Numbered from the stretch's first letter, positions 30,158 through 41,284 are shown. The stretch: DNA of 64,000 nucleotides from Candidatus Omnitrophota bacterium (GCA_041653115.1 JBAZGA010000002.1:27243-91242), one strand, 5' to 3'. Numbers and translations: made by a program. Notes: generated by a model from the letters alone, not told the origin.

Positions 30158-31483
30158 TTAATCGGCGCCTTCGCCGTCGTGCACAACCTGCTCTTTTTCT
30201 TCGCGCTTACGGCTGATCACCCTTTTCAAGGTTACGTATTTATCGACTAATTCCTTATTATTTACCGCGTTTAGCTGCTTGAAGAGAAATTCAAATTTTT
30301 CCTCAACCTCTCTGGCAATGGCATCGCGCGCCTCTTGCGCCAGCCCCATAATCTCTTTCTTAAAAGGCCCTAATGCCTTTTTGCGCGTCTTATAGAAAAA
30401 TTGCTCTTCGGTTTCGCCTTCTTTCTTTTCGGAAGCGGCATTAATTTTCAACCATTCATAAATTTTCGTCTTTAATTCCTGCGGGAAATGCCTGCTTTCA
30501 TAAATCATATTCTGGAATTCCGTAGCCAAATGCACTTCGGCGGTTTCGCATTCGGCAAATTTATGGAATGCCTCCGCGGGCAAAGTAGAGGCGCCGTGCT
30601 GTACCGCGCCGGCGAGCCCGTACTCTTTCCTGGCCAGCTCGGAAAGTGTTTTCAAGGTATCGAAATCCAGTTTTACCTGCGCCACTGTTCCGTCAGGCAG
30701 GACTACCCCGCCGTGCGAGGTCCCGGTCTGGACGCTGATTTTACTTATCCCGGTACGGCCTTTACGCAAGCGTTCTTTAAACCCTTCCATAAAGGCGCGC
30801 AGGTCTTCGGGAGTGGAATTTTTACTGCCTACTTCCCCGATTTCTCCGCCGACAGAAACCTCAACGCCCCGCGGCTGAACCTGGCGGATAAATTGCGTAA
30901 GCTTTGCGCAAACCTCGTAATTATTATACTGCTGTTTTTTGATGTCCGCCTTGCTTAAATCGACCAAGGTCGAAGAATCTATGTCGATATTATAAAATCC
31001 CGCCTCAATCGCTGCGCTGATTAATGCCCTGAGCCCTTCTAGTTCCTTTTCGGGGTTCTCCTGGAATTTCTTGGCATTCGCCTGGAAATGGTCGCCCTGG
31101 ATAAAGACCGCTCCCGCATAACCTTCCTTGATTGCCGCCGCCAAAACTACCGCCGCATATTCTATCGGCGGCTGAGCCGTATAGCCCATTTCGGATTTGG
31201 CAATTTCAAAAATAAAAGCGCCGGAATTATTCCTTTTGGCGACGCGAAAGATCGCCCTGGCCAGGTCATAAGTCATGCTCCGTAAATTTATCGCCGGCAC
31301 GGTAAAACCGCTGAAATCCCCCCTGCCGCGCGCTATATAAAGTTCATGAATGCTTGAAGGATAAATCCCCTTTTTATAGGCGAGGGTAACTATCTTTTTT
31401 GCCAATTTCTTTTTTACGGCCGGATCATCGGCGATGATTAAATCCAGCGCGATTTTATCAATCTCCAAAGGCTTCCTTCCCAT
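30158..31483 (-). CDS. class II fructose/ketose-bisphosphate aldolase family protein (long form)
   Basis: PAIN.., GDH.. and HG.S motifs in class II aldolase order; 441 aa is longer than E. coli FbaA; adjacent to pfkA. Confidence 0.55.
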   Translation of the reverse strand: MGRKPLEIDKIALDLIIADDPAVKKKLAKKIVTLAYKKGIYPSSIHELYIARGRGDFSGFTVPAINLRSMTYDLARAIFRVAKRNNSGAFIFEIAKSEMGYTAQPPIEYAAVVLAAAIKEGYAGAVFIQGDHFQANAKKFQENPEKELEGLRALISAAIEAGFYNIDIDSSTLVDLSKADIKKQQYNNYEVCAKLTQFIRQVQPRGVEVSVGGEIGEVGSKNSTPEDLRAFMEGFKERLRKGRTGISKISVQTGTSHGGVVLPDGTVAQVKLDFDTLKTLSELARKEYGLAGAVQHGASTLPAEAFHKFAECETAEVHLATEFQNMIYESRHFPQELKTKIYEWLKINAASEKKEGETEEQFFYKTRKKALGPFKKEIMGLAQEARDAIAREVEEKFEFLFKQLNAVNNKELVDKYVTLKRVISRKREEKEQVVHDGEGAD

Positions 31484-31497
31484 GATGTACTCCTCCC

Positions 31498-32466
31498 TTA
31501 GGTCAATATCTTAATCAGGTTATAAATATTATCGACTTCTAATTCTTTTTTGGCGACGGTAAATTCCAGGTCTATGGTTGCAATTTGACCGTCGCGCAGC
31601 GCGACCGCCTTATCTGATTGCCCCTGAAGCAAAGAATCAACTGCCGCCCGCCCCAATCTTAAAGCCAGTTCGCGGCTGAAAGCGGTAGGACGGCCTCCTC
31701 TTTGGATATGCCCCAAAACCACTGCCCGTGTTTCTAAGCCGGTCATTTCGGTTATCTTTTGCGCGATATCCGCAGCGCTGCCGGCTCCTTCAGCCACAAT
31801 AATAATCCAGCTGATCTTGCCTTTTAGATTCCCTTCGACGATAGCGTCGCAGGTGGCCTGCAAATCAAATTTTCTCTCCGGTATAACCGCATCTTCGCAT
31901 CCGCCGGACAGGGCGGCTTTGAGGGCAATAAATCCGCTATTCCTGCCCATTACCTCTACCACAAAAATCCTCTCCATGGAAGTAGCGGTATCGCGGATAT
32001 TATCAATCGCGTAAAGCGCTGTATTTATCGCCGTATCCGAGCCAATCGTCACGTCTATGCCGTTAATATCATTATCAATAGAGGCCGGGATCCCGATACA
32101 AGGCACCTTATAGTTTGTATAAAAGGCGTGCGCCGCCTGAAAACTCCCGTTACCGCCGATGACTACCAGGCCGCCGATGCCATTCTTCTTTACGGTATTA
32201 AACGCCCGCTCCTGGCCTTCTCTGGTTTCAAACTCCGGACAGCGGCCGGTCTTCAAAATTGTCCCGCCCTGGCTGATAATCCCGGAAACCGCGCGATGGT
32301 CTAATAATTTCAACTCTTCGTTAATCAGGCCCCACCAGCCGCGGAATACGCCGATTACCTCTAATTTATGGTGTGTCCCGTAACGCACTACCGCGCGTAT
32401 CGCCGCGTTCATGCCGGGAGCATCCCCGCCAGTAGTAAGGACCGCAATTCTTTTGAGCGCCATCAC
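31498..32466 (-). CDS. pfkA: ATP-dependent 6-phosphofructokinase
   Basis: N-terminus RIAVLTTGGDAPGMNAAIRAVV; 322 aa. Confidence 0.85.
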   Translation of the reverse strand: MMALKRIAVLTTGGDAPGMNAAIRAVVRYGTHHKLEVIGVFRGWWGLINEELKLLDHRAVSGIISQGGTILKTGRCPEFETREGQERAFNTVKKNGIGGLVVIGGNGSFQAAHAFYTNYKVPCIGIPASIDNDINGIDVTIGSDTAINTALYAIDNIRDTATSMERIFVVEVMGRNSGFIALKAALSGGCEDAVIPERKFDLQATCDAIVEGNLKGKISWIIIVAEGAGSAADIAQKITEMTGLETRAVVLGHIQRGGRPTAFSRELALRLGRAAVDSLLQGQSDKAVALRDGQIATIDLEFTVAKKELEVDNIYNLIKILT

Positions 32467-32469
32467 TGA

Positions 32470-32886
32470 TTATTTTTCCAGTTCCGCCAAATAGGCGATG
32501 ATTTTCTGTAATTCGTTCTTGATGTGCCGGACTTTTAAAATTGACTTTACCCGCAATAAAAGGTCGGCTTTTTCTATGGGTTTGGCGATGAAATCGGCAG
32601 CCCCCGCATAAAGGCTCTCTTCTTTCTGGTCAGGATAGGCAGTCACCATCAAGACCGGTATAGGGTTGGTTTCCTCGTCTTTCTTCAGGGCCTTAAGGGC
32701 TTCTATCCCGTTTAAAACCGGCATCAGATAATCCAGGATGACCAAATCCGGCTTATGCGCCTTTGCCAGGCTCAAAACAGCGGCGCCGTCTTTGGCGACA
32801 ATCACTTCATAGCCTTCTTTGGTAAGTATGCTCCTGGCTATTTCCTGTATATCAACATCATCGTCGGCAAATAATATTTTTTCCAT
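32470..32886 (-). CDS. stand-alone response-regulator receiver (CheY-like) protein
   Basis: 138 aa REC domain (acid pocket DDD, phospho-acceptor D in LVILD, T and K conserved); no output domain. Confidence 0.75.
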   Translation of the reverse strand: MEKILFADDDVDIQEIARSILTKEGYEVIVAKDGAAVLSLAKAHKPDLVILDYLMPVLNGIEALKALKKDEETNPIPVLMVTAYPDQKEESLYAGAADFIAKPIEKADLLLRVKSILKVRHIKNELQKIIAYLAELEK

Positions 32887-32919
32887 AATTCACCGTCCTT
32901 TTTTTACCTTTCGCCGGCC

Positions 32920-34176
32920 TTATGTCCCTAATTCCCAGCTGGAAAGATACTTTTTCTGCTCTCCGGTCAAGCCGTCTATTTTAATCCCCATTGATTTTAA
33001 CTTTAAGCGGGCGATATTCTTATCTATATCTTCTGGCACTTTATAGACATCGTTCTCTAATTCTTTATAATGCTTAACGATATATTCCGCGGAAAGCGCC
33101 TGGTTGGCAAAGGACATATCCATCACCTGCGCCGGGTGGCCTTCGGCTGCCGCCAGGTTAATCAGCCGGCCTTCGCCGAGCAGATAAATCTTACGGCCGT
33201 CCCTTAAGATATACTCATCGACAAAATCACGGATGCGTTTTTTCGCCCGGCTTAATTTTTTTAACGCCGGAATATCTATCTCTACGTTAAAATGCCCCGC
33301 GTTAGCCACAATCGCTCCGTCTCTCATCAGGAGAAAATGCTCCCTGCGGATGACGCTGGTATCGCCGGTGGTAGTCAGGAATATATCCCCGATTTTCGCC
33401 GCCTCTTTGAGCGGCATCGCTTCATAGCCGTCCATCGTTGCTTCCAGGGCGCGTAAAGGGTCGACTTCAACTACGATTACGCGGCTGGCCATGCCTTTTG
33501 CCCGCATCGCCACACCCCGGCCGCACCAGCCATAGCCGCAAACCACAAAGTTGGCGCCCGACAACAGCTTGTTCGTCGCCCGGATAATCCCGTCTATCGT
33601 AGATTGCCCGGTGCCGTAGCGGTTATCGAATAAATGTTTGGTCTGGGCGTCGTTTACCGCGATAATCGGGTAGCGTAACTTACCCTGGCCGGCCAAAGCC
33701 CTTAACCTGATCACGCCCGTAGTCGTTTCCTCCGTGCCTCCGATAATATTACGATGAAGCGCGGGCTTTGAGCTATGCACCATGCTTACCAAATCTGCGC
33801 CGTCATCCATCGTAATATCCGGCTTTGTCGCCAGTACCGACTTGATATGCTGATAATAAGTTTTGGTATCCTCGCCCTTGACGGCAAAGACCGGGACCTT
33901 CAGATTTTTAACCAGCGCTGCCGCCACATCGTCCTGCGTGGATAACGGGTTGGAAGCGCAAACCGATAAACTGGCACCGCCTGCTTTTAATACTTCCGTC
34001 AAAACCCCGGTTTCCGTGGTGACGTGTAAACAGGCGGCAATCTTCAGCCCCTTTAACGGCTTTTCCTTGGCGAACCTCCGGGCAATCAAGCCCAACACCG
34101 GCATATTATTGCGCGCCCATTCAATGCGCAAGGCGCCTTTTCCGGCCAACTTTATATCCTGGATATCCTGGCTCAT
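32920..34176 (-). CDS. ahcY: adenosylhomocysteinase
   Basis: 418 aa SAHH with NAD-binding CGYGWCGRG and conserved N-terminus. Confidence 0.9.
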   Translation of the reverse strand: MSQDIQDIKLAGKGALRIEWARNNMPVLGLIARRFAKEKPLKGLKIAACLHVTTETGVLTEVLKAGGASLSVCASNPLSTQDDVAAALVKNLKVPVFAVKGEDTKTYYQHIKSVLATKPDITMDDGADLVSMVHSSKPALHRNIIGGTEETTTGVIRLRALAGQGKLRYPIIAVNDAQTKHLFDNRYGTGQSTIDGIIRATNKLLSGANFVVCGYGWCGRGVAMRAKGMASRVIVVEVDPLRALEATMDGYEAMPLKEAAKIGDIFLTTTGDTSVIRREHFLLMRDGAIVANAGHFNVEIDIPALKKLSRAKKRIRDFVDEYILRDGRKIYLLGEGRLINLAAAEGHPAQVMDMSFANQALSAEYIVKHYKELENDVYKVPEDIDKNIARLKLKSMGIKIDGLTGEQKKYLSSWELGT

Positions 34177-34199
34177 ATTTTCCTTTCCTGCTTTAAAAA

Positions 34200-35378
34200 C
34201 TATAAACGCGCTGCCTGCCTCTTCAGGGCAGCTACTTTATCCGTCTTTTCCCAGTTAAATTCCGGCTCATTCCTGCCGAAGTGGCCGAAACAGGCGGTTT
34301 TCTTAAAGATCGGCCGCAATAAATCCAGGGCATTAATTATTCCCCTGGGCGTCAGCTCAAAATTCTCGCGGATCAGCTTAACTAATTTTTCATCGGATAA
34401 TTTCCCGGTGCCGCAGCTGTCTACATATACAGAAAGCGGTTCTGCGTAACCGATCACATAAGACAGCTGGACTAATAATCTCTCTGCCAGGCCTGCGGCA
34501 ACGATGTTTTTTGCGATGTAACGGCACATATAGGCTGCCGAGCGGTCTACTTTTGTCGGGTCCTTGCCGGAAAATGCGCCCCCGCCGTGCGGCACGCTTC
34601 CGCCATAGGTATCGACGATAATTTTTCTCCCGGTCATTCCGGTATCCGACTGCGGACCGCCGATGATAAACTTTCCTGTCTGGTTCACGTAGTATTTTGT
34701 ATTTTTGTCAATCAGCCCTTTTAATACCGGCTTTGCGATTGCATCGATTAATTCCTGGCGCGCCCGCGAAGTAATGCGCTTGCCCGTCTTATCCAGAATT
34801 GAAGCGGTGTGCTGGCAGGCCAGGACAACCGAGTCGATGCGCTTGGCGACTCCGTTATGGTATTCCACCGTCACCTGCGATTTACAATCCGGCCCCAGGT
34901 ATTTCAAAATATTTTCTTCGCGCACCGCTGCTATGCGTTTGACTAACTTATGCGCCATCATAATCGGCAAAGGCATCAGCTCCTCCGTCTCGCGGCAGGC
35001 AAAGCCGAACATAATCCCCTGGTCCCCCGCCCCTCCGGCATTGACGCCCTGGGCGATATCCGGGGACTGCGAGTTAATCGTATTCACAATCGCGCAGGTC
35101 TCATAATCAAAACCGTATTTAGGGTGAGTGTAGCCTATTTCTTTGATAATCCTGCGCGCGAGTTTCTGTATATCCACGTAGGCTGTGGTCGTAATTTCTC
35201 CGCCCACGATTAAAAGCCCCATCGTTACATAAGTCTCGCAGGCAACCCTGCTTCTTTCTTTATTGGGTTCAAGCCGTAAAACTTCATCCAACACCGCGTC
35301 GGATATCTGGTCGCAAACCTTATCCGGATGCCCTTTGCCTACCGATTCGGAAGTAAAAAAATGTTTGCGCAAACTCAT
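34200..35378 (-). CDS. metK: S-adenosylmethionine synthetase
   Basis: [22 protein letters not shown]-terminus and GGGAFSGKD motif. Confidence 0.9.
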   Translation of the reverse strand: MSLRKHFFTSESVGKGHPDKVCDQISDAVLDEVLRLEPNKERSRVACETYVTMGLLIVGGEITTTAYVDIQKLARRIIKEIGYTHPKYGFDYETCAIVNTINSQSPDIAQGVNAGGAGDQGIMFGFACRETEELMPLPIMMAHKLVKRIAAVREENILKYLGPDCKSQVTVEYHNGVAKRIDSVVLACQHTASILDKTGKRITSRARQELIDAIAKPVLKGLIDKNTKYYVNQTGKFIIGGPQSDTGMTGRKIIVDTYGGSVPHGGGAFSGKDPTKVDRSAAYMCRYIAKNIVAAGLAERLLVQLSYVIGYAEPLSVYVDSCGTGKLSDEKLVKLIRENFELTPRGIINALDLLRPIFKKTACFGHFGRNEPEFNWEKTDKVAALKRQAARL

Positions 35379-35389
35379 GAGAAATCTCC

Positions 35390-36127
35390 TTATTTAAAAA
35401 TATTTTTTGCCGCTTTATAAAACTTGGAATCTCCGATATCGAACCAATGCCCCTTAAATTCATAACCGTAAACCGGCACCCTTTTCCGCAGCCAATCGAT
35501 GTAGAAACCGGTGGCGTCGCGCTTGCCGCGGGCAGCCGATAAATAGCCTCTAATCAAATGTAATTTCTCTTTAGGAAAATAATAAAGGCACATTGCTATC
35601 AGGCGGGACTTCGCTTTATCCGGCTTCTCCTGAAAATCAATAATCCTCTTTTTTTTATCAAGGCCGAGCACGCCGTATTTTTTTGTCTCCTTCTTATCCT
35701 TTATCTTATAGGCGCCGATTACCGGGTTTGGCTTATTGTTTCTGGCAAAAAGAAGGAAATTCTCCAGGTCCCCGTCAAAGATATTATCTCCGCCGATAAT
35801 CAACAAATCGTCTCTAATGCCTTTCTTAGCGATGGCAAAATCCATATCTCCGATAGCGCCGCGCTTGTCTTTCAGGCTCTTGGTGAGGTCGTCTACCAGG
35901 CTTAAGGGTTTTTTCAGCTTTAAACCCCGCTGCCAGGCCCGGAAATGAGAAATAAACCTGCTGTTGGTAACTACGATAATTTCGTCTATCCCGGCAAGCT
36001 TCTCAAGTTTATCGACGATATAATCGATAATCGGTTTAGCCCCTACCTTTAGCAGGGGCTTGGGATAATCCTCGGTTAAAGGGTACAGCCTGGTGGCATA
36101 GCCGGCGGCTAAAATTAAAGCTTTCAT
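35390..36127 (-). CDS. sugar-phosphate nucleotidyltransferase (mannose-1-P guanylyl- / glucose-1-P thymidylyl-transferase family)
   Basis: N-terminal [21 protein letters not shown] motif; adjacent to the PGI/PMI gene. Confidence 0.65.
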   Translation of the reverse strand: MKALILAAGYATRLYPLTEDYPKPLLKVGAKPIIDYIVDKLEKLAGIDEIIVVTNSRFISHFRAWQRGLKLKKPLSLVDDLTKSLKDKRGAIGDMDFAIAKKGIRDDLLIIGGDNIFDGDLENFLLFARNNKPNPVIGAYKIKDKKETKKYGVLGLDKKKRIIDFQEKPDKAKSRLIAMCLYYFPKEKLHLIRGYLSAARGKRDATGFYIDWLRKRVPVYGYEFKGHWFDIGDSKFYKAAKNIFK

Positions 36128-37194
36128 CGGCTTTGCGCTAACTGGTTCTTTAAATAAGTGACCCTCTCTACGGGCGTCGGGTCAATTCCGTAAAGTATCG
36201 CCAGATAATAGGAGATAAAATCGCCTATATATATCAGGGAAAACATCCTGCTCAGCAAACCTTCTCCCCGCGACCAGACCTCCAGGACTTCTACGCCTTC
36301 CTTGCGCAGGATATCCTTGGTGATTTCCATCCTTTTGTTGACGCGCGGGTTTACCGCTTTATCCCTGAGCAGCAGCACGATAAAATTCTTAAATAATTTC
36401 TTCGGGTTCTGCCATCCGACAATCTCATTATGATTCATCTCCGGAAAGACGTGGCTTGAGCCAAGCGCCTTGGCATTCTCCGCCAGCTGCCCTTTAAGGC
36501 GCGTGGCCGCGACATCAAAATGTATGGAACTCGAATAAATAACGGGGAATTTATTAAAAAGTTTTGCCGCTATATATTTAGCGGGATTATCCTTAACGCC
36601 CGTTTGGGGCTTGAGGCTCTTTCTTAAATCTTCCAGGAACGCGGCTGCCTGGCTGATAGAGGAAGACGCGTCCTTGACTAAGCCCAGATTAGCCAATACG
36701 CATAAAGGTATAATACTCATGTATCCCAGGGCGCACCTCGGCGGCGAGTCCTTTGGTATGCTGATAAAAGTAACCTTATCTTTTAGGGCGGATTCTTCCA
36801 ATACCCCGCCGGAAGAAACCGCGATGATGGTCGCGCCTTTCTCTTTTGCCTGGCGATAAGCGGAGAGCGTCTCTTCGGTATTACCCGAATAGCTCGAAAC
36901 AAATACTAAAGTCCCGCTGTCTATACAGGCGGGCAAATCGTATTCGCGCAGCACGATCATCGGCAGCCTGCTCTCAAAATAGAGGTACGACCTGACCAGG
37001 TCCGCTCCGATCGCCGAACCGCCGAGCCCCGTAAAGACAATTTTCTGAAAATCCCTTTTGGCAAAAAGTATTTTTACGACATCGGCTATCTCTTTTGCCT
37101 GCCTAAGCTGCAGCGGAAAATCCAGCAACAGCCCCAGCATATTCGCTTTGTCGAGCTTACGGATATTCTCTAAAGTTAAACTTCTTTTCATCAC
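36124..37194 (-). CDS. bifunctional phosphoglucose/phosphomannose isomerase (SIS domain, archaeal-type PGI/PMI)
   Basis: 356 aa with two SIS-like halves (GLGGSAIG, VSSYSGNTEE). Confidence 0.6.
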   Translation of the reverse strand: MMKRSLTLENIRKLDKANMLGLLLDFPLQLRQAKEIADVVKILFAKRDFQKIVFTGLGGSAIGADLVRSYLYFESRLPMIVLREYDLPACIDSGTLVFVSSYSGNTEETLSAYRQAKEKGATIIAVSSGGVLEESALKDKVTFISIPKDSPPRCALGYMSIIPLCVLANLGLVKDASSSISQAAAFLEDLRKSLKPQTGVKDNPAKYIAAKLFNKFPVIYSSSIHFDVAATRLKGQLAENAKALGSSHVFPEMNHNEIVGWQNPKKLFKNFIVLLLRDKAVNPRVNKRMEITKDILRKEGVEVLEVWSRGEGLLSRMFSLIYIGDFISYYLAILYGIDPTPVERVTYLKNQLAQSR

Positions 37195-38924
37195 TCTCCG
37201 ATGATTTCCTTTAATTTCACCCGGCTGAACTCTTCCACTTCTTTTCCCGTAGAAAGCTTCAAAGCCTCCAAGGCAAGGCTCTTTGCCTGTTTTAAGGTAA
37301 CCGAGCGGATGATATATTTTACTTCCGGGATGAGCAGCGGCGGGATGCTGAATTCATCCAGGCCCAAACCCAAAAGTAATAAGACTAAACTGGGTTCACC
37401 CGCCATTTCCCCGCACATTCCCACCCAGATACCGGCATTATGCGCCGATTCAATGATGTTCCTGATCATCCTTAAAACCGCCGGATGCGCCGGATCGTAA
37501 AGATAAGCGACTTTTTCGTTGGCGCGGTCGACTGCCAGAGAATACTGAATGAGGTCATTGGTGCCGATGCTGAAAAAATCCGCCTCAGTTGCCAGGAGGT
37601 CAGCGGTCAATGCCGCCGAAGGAACCTCGATCATCGCGCCCACTTCAATATCATTGTTAAAAGGTACGCCTTTTTTCTTCAGTTCGTCTTTGGCTTCTTC
37701 CAGTATCGCGTTAGCCTGTTTCAATTCTTCGATACCCGAAATCATCGGGTACATCAGTTTTAACTTTCCGTGTACCGAGGCCCTCAATATCGCCCTCAAT
37801 TGCACCTTAAATATATCCGGCCGGGCCAGGCAAAACCTGATTGCCCGCCAGCCGAGAAACGGCTCTATCTCGTGGGGCATTTCGAACTGCGATAAAAATT
37901 TATCTCCGCCTAAATCCAGGGTCCGGATAATCACCGGGTGCGGCATCATCTCTTCGGCTACATATTTATATGCCTGGTAATGCTCCTCTTCGCTAGGCGG
38001 CTCTTTCCTGTTCATATAGAAAAATTCGCTGCGGTAAAGCCCGATGCCAAAGGCCCCGTGCAATTTTACCGCAGGGACCTCTTCGGGCAACTCTATATTC
38101 GCGCTGATCTCGATAGATTTGCCGTCGAGAGTAACCGCCGGCAGGTCTTTTACCGCCAGGAATTTTTCGGCAAAGCCTTTAAACTTTTCTAATTCGCGGC
38201 GGTAAAGGGCTAAAGTTTCTTCATCCGGATTTACGATGACAATACCCGTAGAGCCGTCAACGATGAGCGTATCGCCGGTCTTAATCTTTACGGTTACCCC
38301 TTCGGCACCGACTACCGCCGGTATCTCCAGGGATTTAGCCATAATCGCCGTATGCGAGGTTTTGCCTCCGATATCGGTGACAAAAGCCGAAACATTCTGT
38401 TTATGCATTGCCGCGGTGTCCGAAGGAGAGAGGTCATGCGCTACCAGCACCACCTTTTCTTTCAGGTCTTCAAAAGGCCGGCGTTCTTTCCCCAGGAGGT
38501 TGCGGAGAACCCGTTTGCCCACGTCGTTAATATCCGCGGTGCGCTCCTTTAAATATTCGTCTTCGATCTTGGAAAAAACTTCGACATATTTCCTCAGGAC
38601 TTCCGAAAAAATATAGGCGGCATTGATACGCTCCCTCTTCAGGCGCGTAATCACTTCTTCAATCAGCATCCGGTCTTCAAGAACCAAGAGGTGCGCGTCG
38701 AAAATCTGGGCCTCTTCCTGGCCCATCTCGCCGGCAATACGCTTCTGCAGGTCGATAATCTCCCGGCGCGTCTTAATCAGCGCCTCCTCAAAAAGCTGGA
38801 TCTGAAGAGGTATCTCTTCTTCGCGTATCTCTACCCTGGGGATAACAAGCTCTTCCTTGCCTATTTTATAGGCCGGGCCGATACTAATCCCCGAAGCCGC
38901 TGCTATCCCTTTAATCTGTAGCAT
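37191..38924 (-). CDS. ptsI: phosphoenolpyruvate-protein phosphotransferase (PTS Enzyme I)
   Basis: 577 aa; phospho-His region GGKTSHTAI, PEP-utilising and TIM-barrel domains. Confidence 0.9.
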   Translation of the reverse strand: MLQIKGIAAASGISIGPAYKIGKEELVIPRVEIREEEIPLQIQLFEEALIKTRREIIDLQKRIAGEMGQEEAQIFDAHLLVLEDRMLIEEVITRLKRERINAAYIFSEVLRKYVEVFSKIEDEYLKERTADINDVGKRVLRNLLGKERRPFEDLKEKVVLVAHDLSPSDTAAMHKQNVSAFVTDIGGKTSHTAIMAKSLEIPAVVGAEGVTVKIKTGDTLIVDGSTGIVIVNPDEETLALYRRELEKFKGFAEKFLAVKDLPAVTLDGKSIEISANIELPEEVPAVKLHGAFGIGLYRSEFFYMNRKEPPSEEEHYQAYKYVAEEMMPHPVIIRTLDLGGDKFLSQFEMPHEIEPFLGWRAIRFCLARPDIFKVQLRAILRASVHGKLKLMYPMISGIEELKQANAILEEAKDELKKKGVPFNNDIEVGAMIEVPSAALTADLLATEADFFSIGTNDLIQYSLAVDRANEKVAYLYDPAHPAVLRMIRNIIESAHNAGIWVGMCGEMAGEPSLVLLLLGLGLDEFSIPPLLIPEVKYIIRSVTLKQAKSLALEALKLSTGKEVEEFSRVKLKEIIGE

Positions 38925-38926
38925 AT

Positions 38927-39190
38927 TTATTCCTCGCTCACGACGATTTTTTCCAGCTCCGCAAGAGCCACCTGCGCGTCGTCGCCTTCCGCTTCAATGA
39001 TAATCATGCTGCCCTTTTCCGCGCCCAGCATCAGGATACCCATAATCGACTTTCCGTTCACCTCTTCGTTGTCGCGCTTGACGCTGATACGGGAATCAAA
39101 TTTATTGGCAATCTGCACGAAGAGCGCCGCCGGCCGCGCATGCAGGCCCTGTTTGTTCTTGATCACTACTTTCTTCTTCAATAGAGGCAT
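38927..39190 (-). CDS. ptsH: phosphocarrier protein HPr
   Basis: 87 aa with GLHARPA active-site His region. Confidence 0.85.
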   Translation of the reverse strand: MPLLKKKVVIKNKQGLHARPAALFVQIANKFDSRISVKRDNEEVNGKSIMGILMLGAEKGSMIIIEAEGDDAQVALAELEKIVVSEE

Positions 39191-39202
39191 CTGATTAAAA
39201 GA

Positions 39203-40441
39203 TTATATCTCTTCGAAAAAACTAAAAATTATTTTTGCCAGCTTCAGCGGGTCGTGCCTGACTACGTCATCGGTAATACTGACATCGTCTTCAATCACCC
39301 GGTAACCCATGCTTTCTATGTTCTGCCTGTCGGGGCTCACCCGGTAAGACTTTTCCTTTACATAACGATTAAGTATCGGCTGAGGGATTTCTCCCGTATT
39401 CAAGATGCAATAATCAAGGATACGCGGATGGCTGTGCGCAACCAGCGTCTTTACATGCTCGGAGGCGCGAAACCCGTCCGTCTCTCCGGGCTGGGTCATA
39501 ATATTGCAGATGTATATTTTAATCGCCGAAGAGGCGGCAATGCTCTCGGTGATTTCTTTAATCAGCAGGTTCGGTATAATACTGGTATAAAGCGAACCCG
39601 GCCCCAAAACAATAATCTGGGCTTCCTCTATCGCTTTGATTGCTTCGGGTGTCGCCTGGGGCTCCAGCGGCTTAAGCGAAACTTTCTCTATCGGGATGCG
39701 GGATTTTGGAATCTTGTCTTCGCCTTCGGTGACCGACCCGTCCTTGTGCCTGGCTACCAAGACCACATTATTTAAAGTAGAAGGAATTACCTGTCCCTTC
39801 AGGGCCAAAACCTTGCTCGTCTCTTTAATCGCCTTCTCAAAATCCCCGGTTAACCTGGTCATTACCGTAATAAAAAGGTTCCCGAAGCTGTGCCCGGCCA
39901 ATTCAGAGCTGGAGTCAAAGCGGAACTGGAATAAATCGCGCATCAACGCCGGCGCGTCAGCCAGAGCCACCAGGCAATTGCGGATGTCTCCGGGGGGCAG
40001 AATATCAAATTGCTGCCTTAAGCGCCCCGAAGAGCCTCCGTCGTCGGCAACCGTAACCACGGCGGTAATGTTAGAGGTGTATTCCTTCAAGCCGGTTAAA
40101 AGCACGGACAGCCCCGTGCCGCCTCCGACCGCCACAATCTTCGGCCCCCGGCCGAGCTGCTTCTTCTGATAAAGAATGTCTATTAACTCCGTATCCTTGG
40201 AAGCAGGCATAAACGCGGTCACGAAAGCGCGCACCATCTGCTTGATGCCTAAGATTAAAATAATAATACCGGAAATCAGGATTACCGTATCTAATATCTG
40301 GAGTACCCAGTATTCTTCGGCGCGTAGATAGGCGGAACCGACCACTATTAATATTACGCCTAAAACTGCCATGCCCATCCAGCGCTTGATACCGATGCCC
40401 GGATAGAGCCAGCGGAATATGCCCTTGAATTTAACGCGCAT
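39203..40441 (-). CDS. yvcK: gluconeogenesis factor YvcK / UPF0052 (CofD-like) with N-terminal membrane anchor
   Basis: C-terminal YvcK motifs (VAVGGGTG, LGPGSLYTSIIPNLL). Start placed at MRVKFKG, which has an AAGGAA SD and avoids overlapping ptsN; the ORF could extend to 40522. Two TM helices precede the catalytic domain. Confidence 0.75.
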   Translation of the reverse strand: MRVKFKGIFRWLYPGIGIKRWMGMAVLGVILIVVGSAYLRAEEYWVLQILDTVILISGIIILILGIKQMVRAFVTAFMPASKDTELIDILYQKKQLGRGPKIVAVGGGTGLSVLLTGLKEYTSNITAVVTVADDGGSSGRLRQQFDILPPGDIRNCLVALADAPALMRDLFQFRFDSSSELAGHSFGNLFITVMTRLTGDFEKAIKETSKVLALKGQVIPSTLNNVVLVARHKDGSVTEGEDKIPKSRIPIEKVSLKPLEPQATPEAIKAIEEAQIIVLGPGSLYTSIIPNLLIKEITESIAASSAIKIYICNIMTQPGETDGFRASEHVKTLVAHSHPRILDYCILNTGEIPQPILNRYVKEKSYRVSPDRQNIESMGYRVIEDDVSITDDVVRHDPLKLAKIIFSFFEEI

Positions 40442-40457
40442 TATTTCCTTTATCAGA

Positions 40458-40928
40458 TTAAAGCTTTTTTTCATCTTCCTGGCTGATGATGCGGATAACG
40501 GATTTTTCGTCTTCACAGGCACGCAAACTATCGCGGAAATATTTATCCTTCAAAAGGCGCGATATCCTTGCCAATGCCTTAAGGTGCGGCCCGGCGGAAT
40601 CCTGAGGGGCTAATAATAAAAAGAAAATGAAGGCGGGTTCCCCGTCCAGTGAATCAAAGTCTATGCCTTTTTTGGAAAGACCGAAGACGGCAATCAATTT
40701 TTCCACGCAGTCTGCCTTGGCGTGCGGTATCGCTACCCCCTGCCCGATGGCAGTCGAGCCCAGGGCCTCCCTGGCCAAGAGCGCCTCGATAAGCTTATTG
40801 CGGTTGCGTTTTTCAATCTCGCCGGCGTTGATTAATGCCTCTACCAATTCCCTGATTACCTCTTCTTTTTTTGTGGATTTTATATCCGTGATGATTGCCT
40901 TCTTTGACAAAAAATCCATAATCTTCAT
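40458..40928 (-). CDS. ptsN: PTS EIIA, fructose/nitrogen type (PtsN-like)
   Basis: 156 aa EIIA-2 fold with phospho-His in GQGVAIPHAK. Confidence 0.8.
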   Translation of the reverse strand: MKIMDFLSKKAIITDIKSTKKEEVIRELVEALINAGEIEKRNRNKLIEALLAREALGSTAIGQGVAIPHAKADCVEKLIAVFGLSKKGIDFDSLDGEPAFIFFLLLAPQDSAGPHLKALARISRLLKDKYFRDSLRACEDEKSVIRIISQEDEKKL

Positions 40929-40990
40929 CTGCCTTCTCCTTGTTGTAGCTTATTTTTATTTATACTTTTGCTCCTGTCTTCGCAAAAGTA

Positions 40991-41064
<74 letters not shown>

Positions 41065-41111
41065 TCACTGGCTATGATTTTTTTCTCAACGGTTCCGTCG
41101 CACTCAAATAG

Positions 41112-41193
41112 TGCGGACGGAGGGAGTTGAACCCCCAAGGGTTTCCCCATATGGTCCTAAGCCATACGCGTATGCCAGTTCCGCCACGTCCGC
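41112..41193 (-). tRNA. tRNA-Leu (anticodon TAG), type II with long variable arm
   Basis: Acceptor GCGGACG/CGTCCGC, anticodon stem TATGG/CCATA with loop CTTAGGA, long variable arm, T-arm GGTTCAACTCC. Confidence 0.75.
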
Positions 41194-41206
41194 GTAAAAA
41201 AACTCG

Positions 41207-41279
41207 TGAGCCTCCCGAGACTCGAACTCGGCACACGCGGCTTAAAAAGCCGCTGCTCTACCAGATGAGCTAGAGGCCC
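41207..41279 (-). tRNA. tRNA-Lys (anticodon TTT)
   Basis: Reverse complement GGGCCTCTAGCTCATCTGGTAGAGCAGCGGCTTTTTAAGCCGCGTGTGCCGAGTTCGAGTCTCGGGAGGCTCA; anticodon loop TTTTTAA. Confidence 0.75.
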
Positions 41280-41284
41280 AAGAT

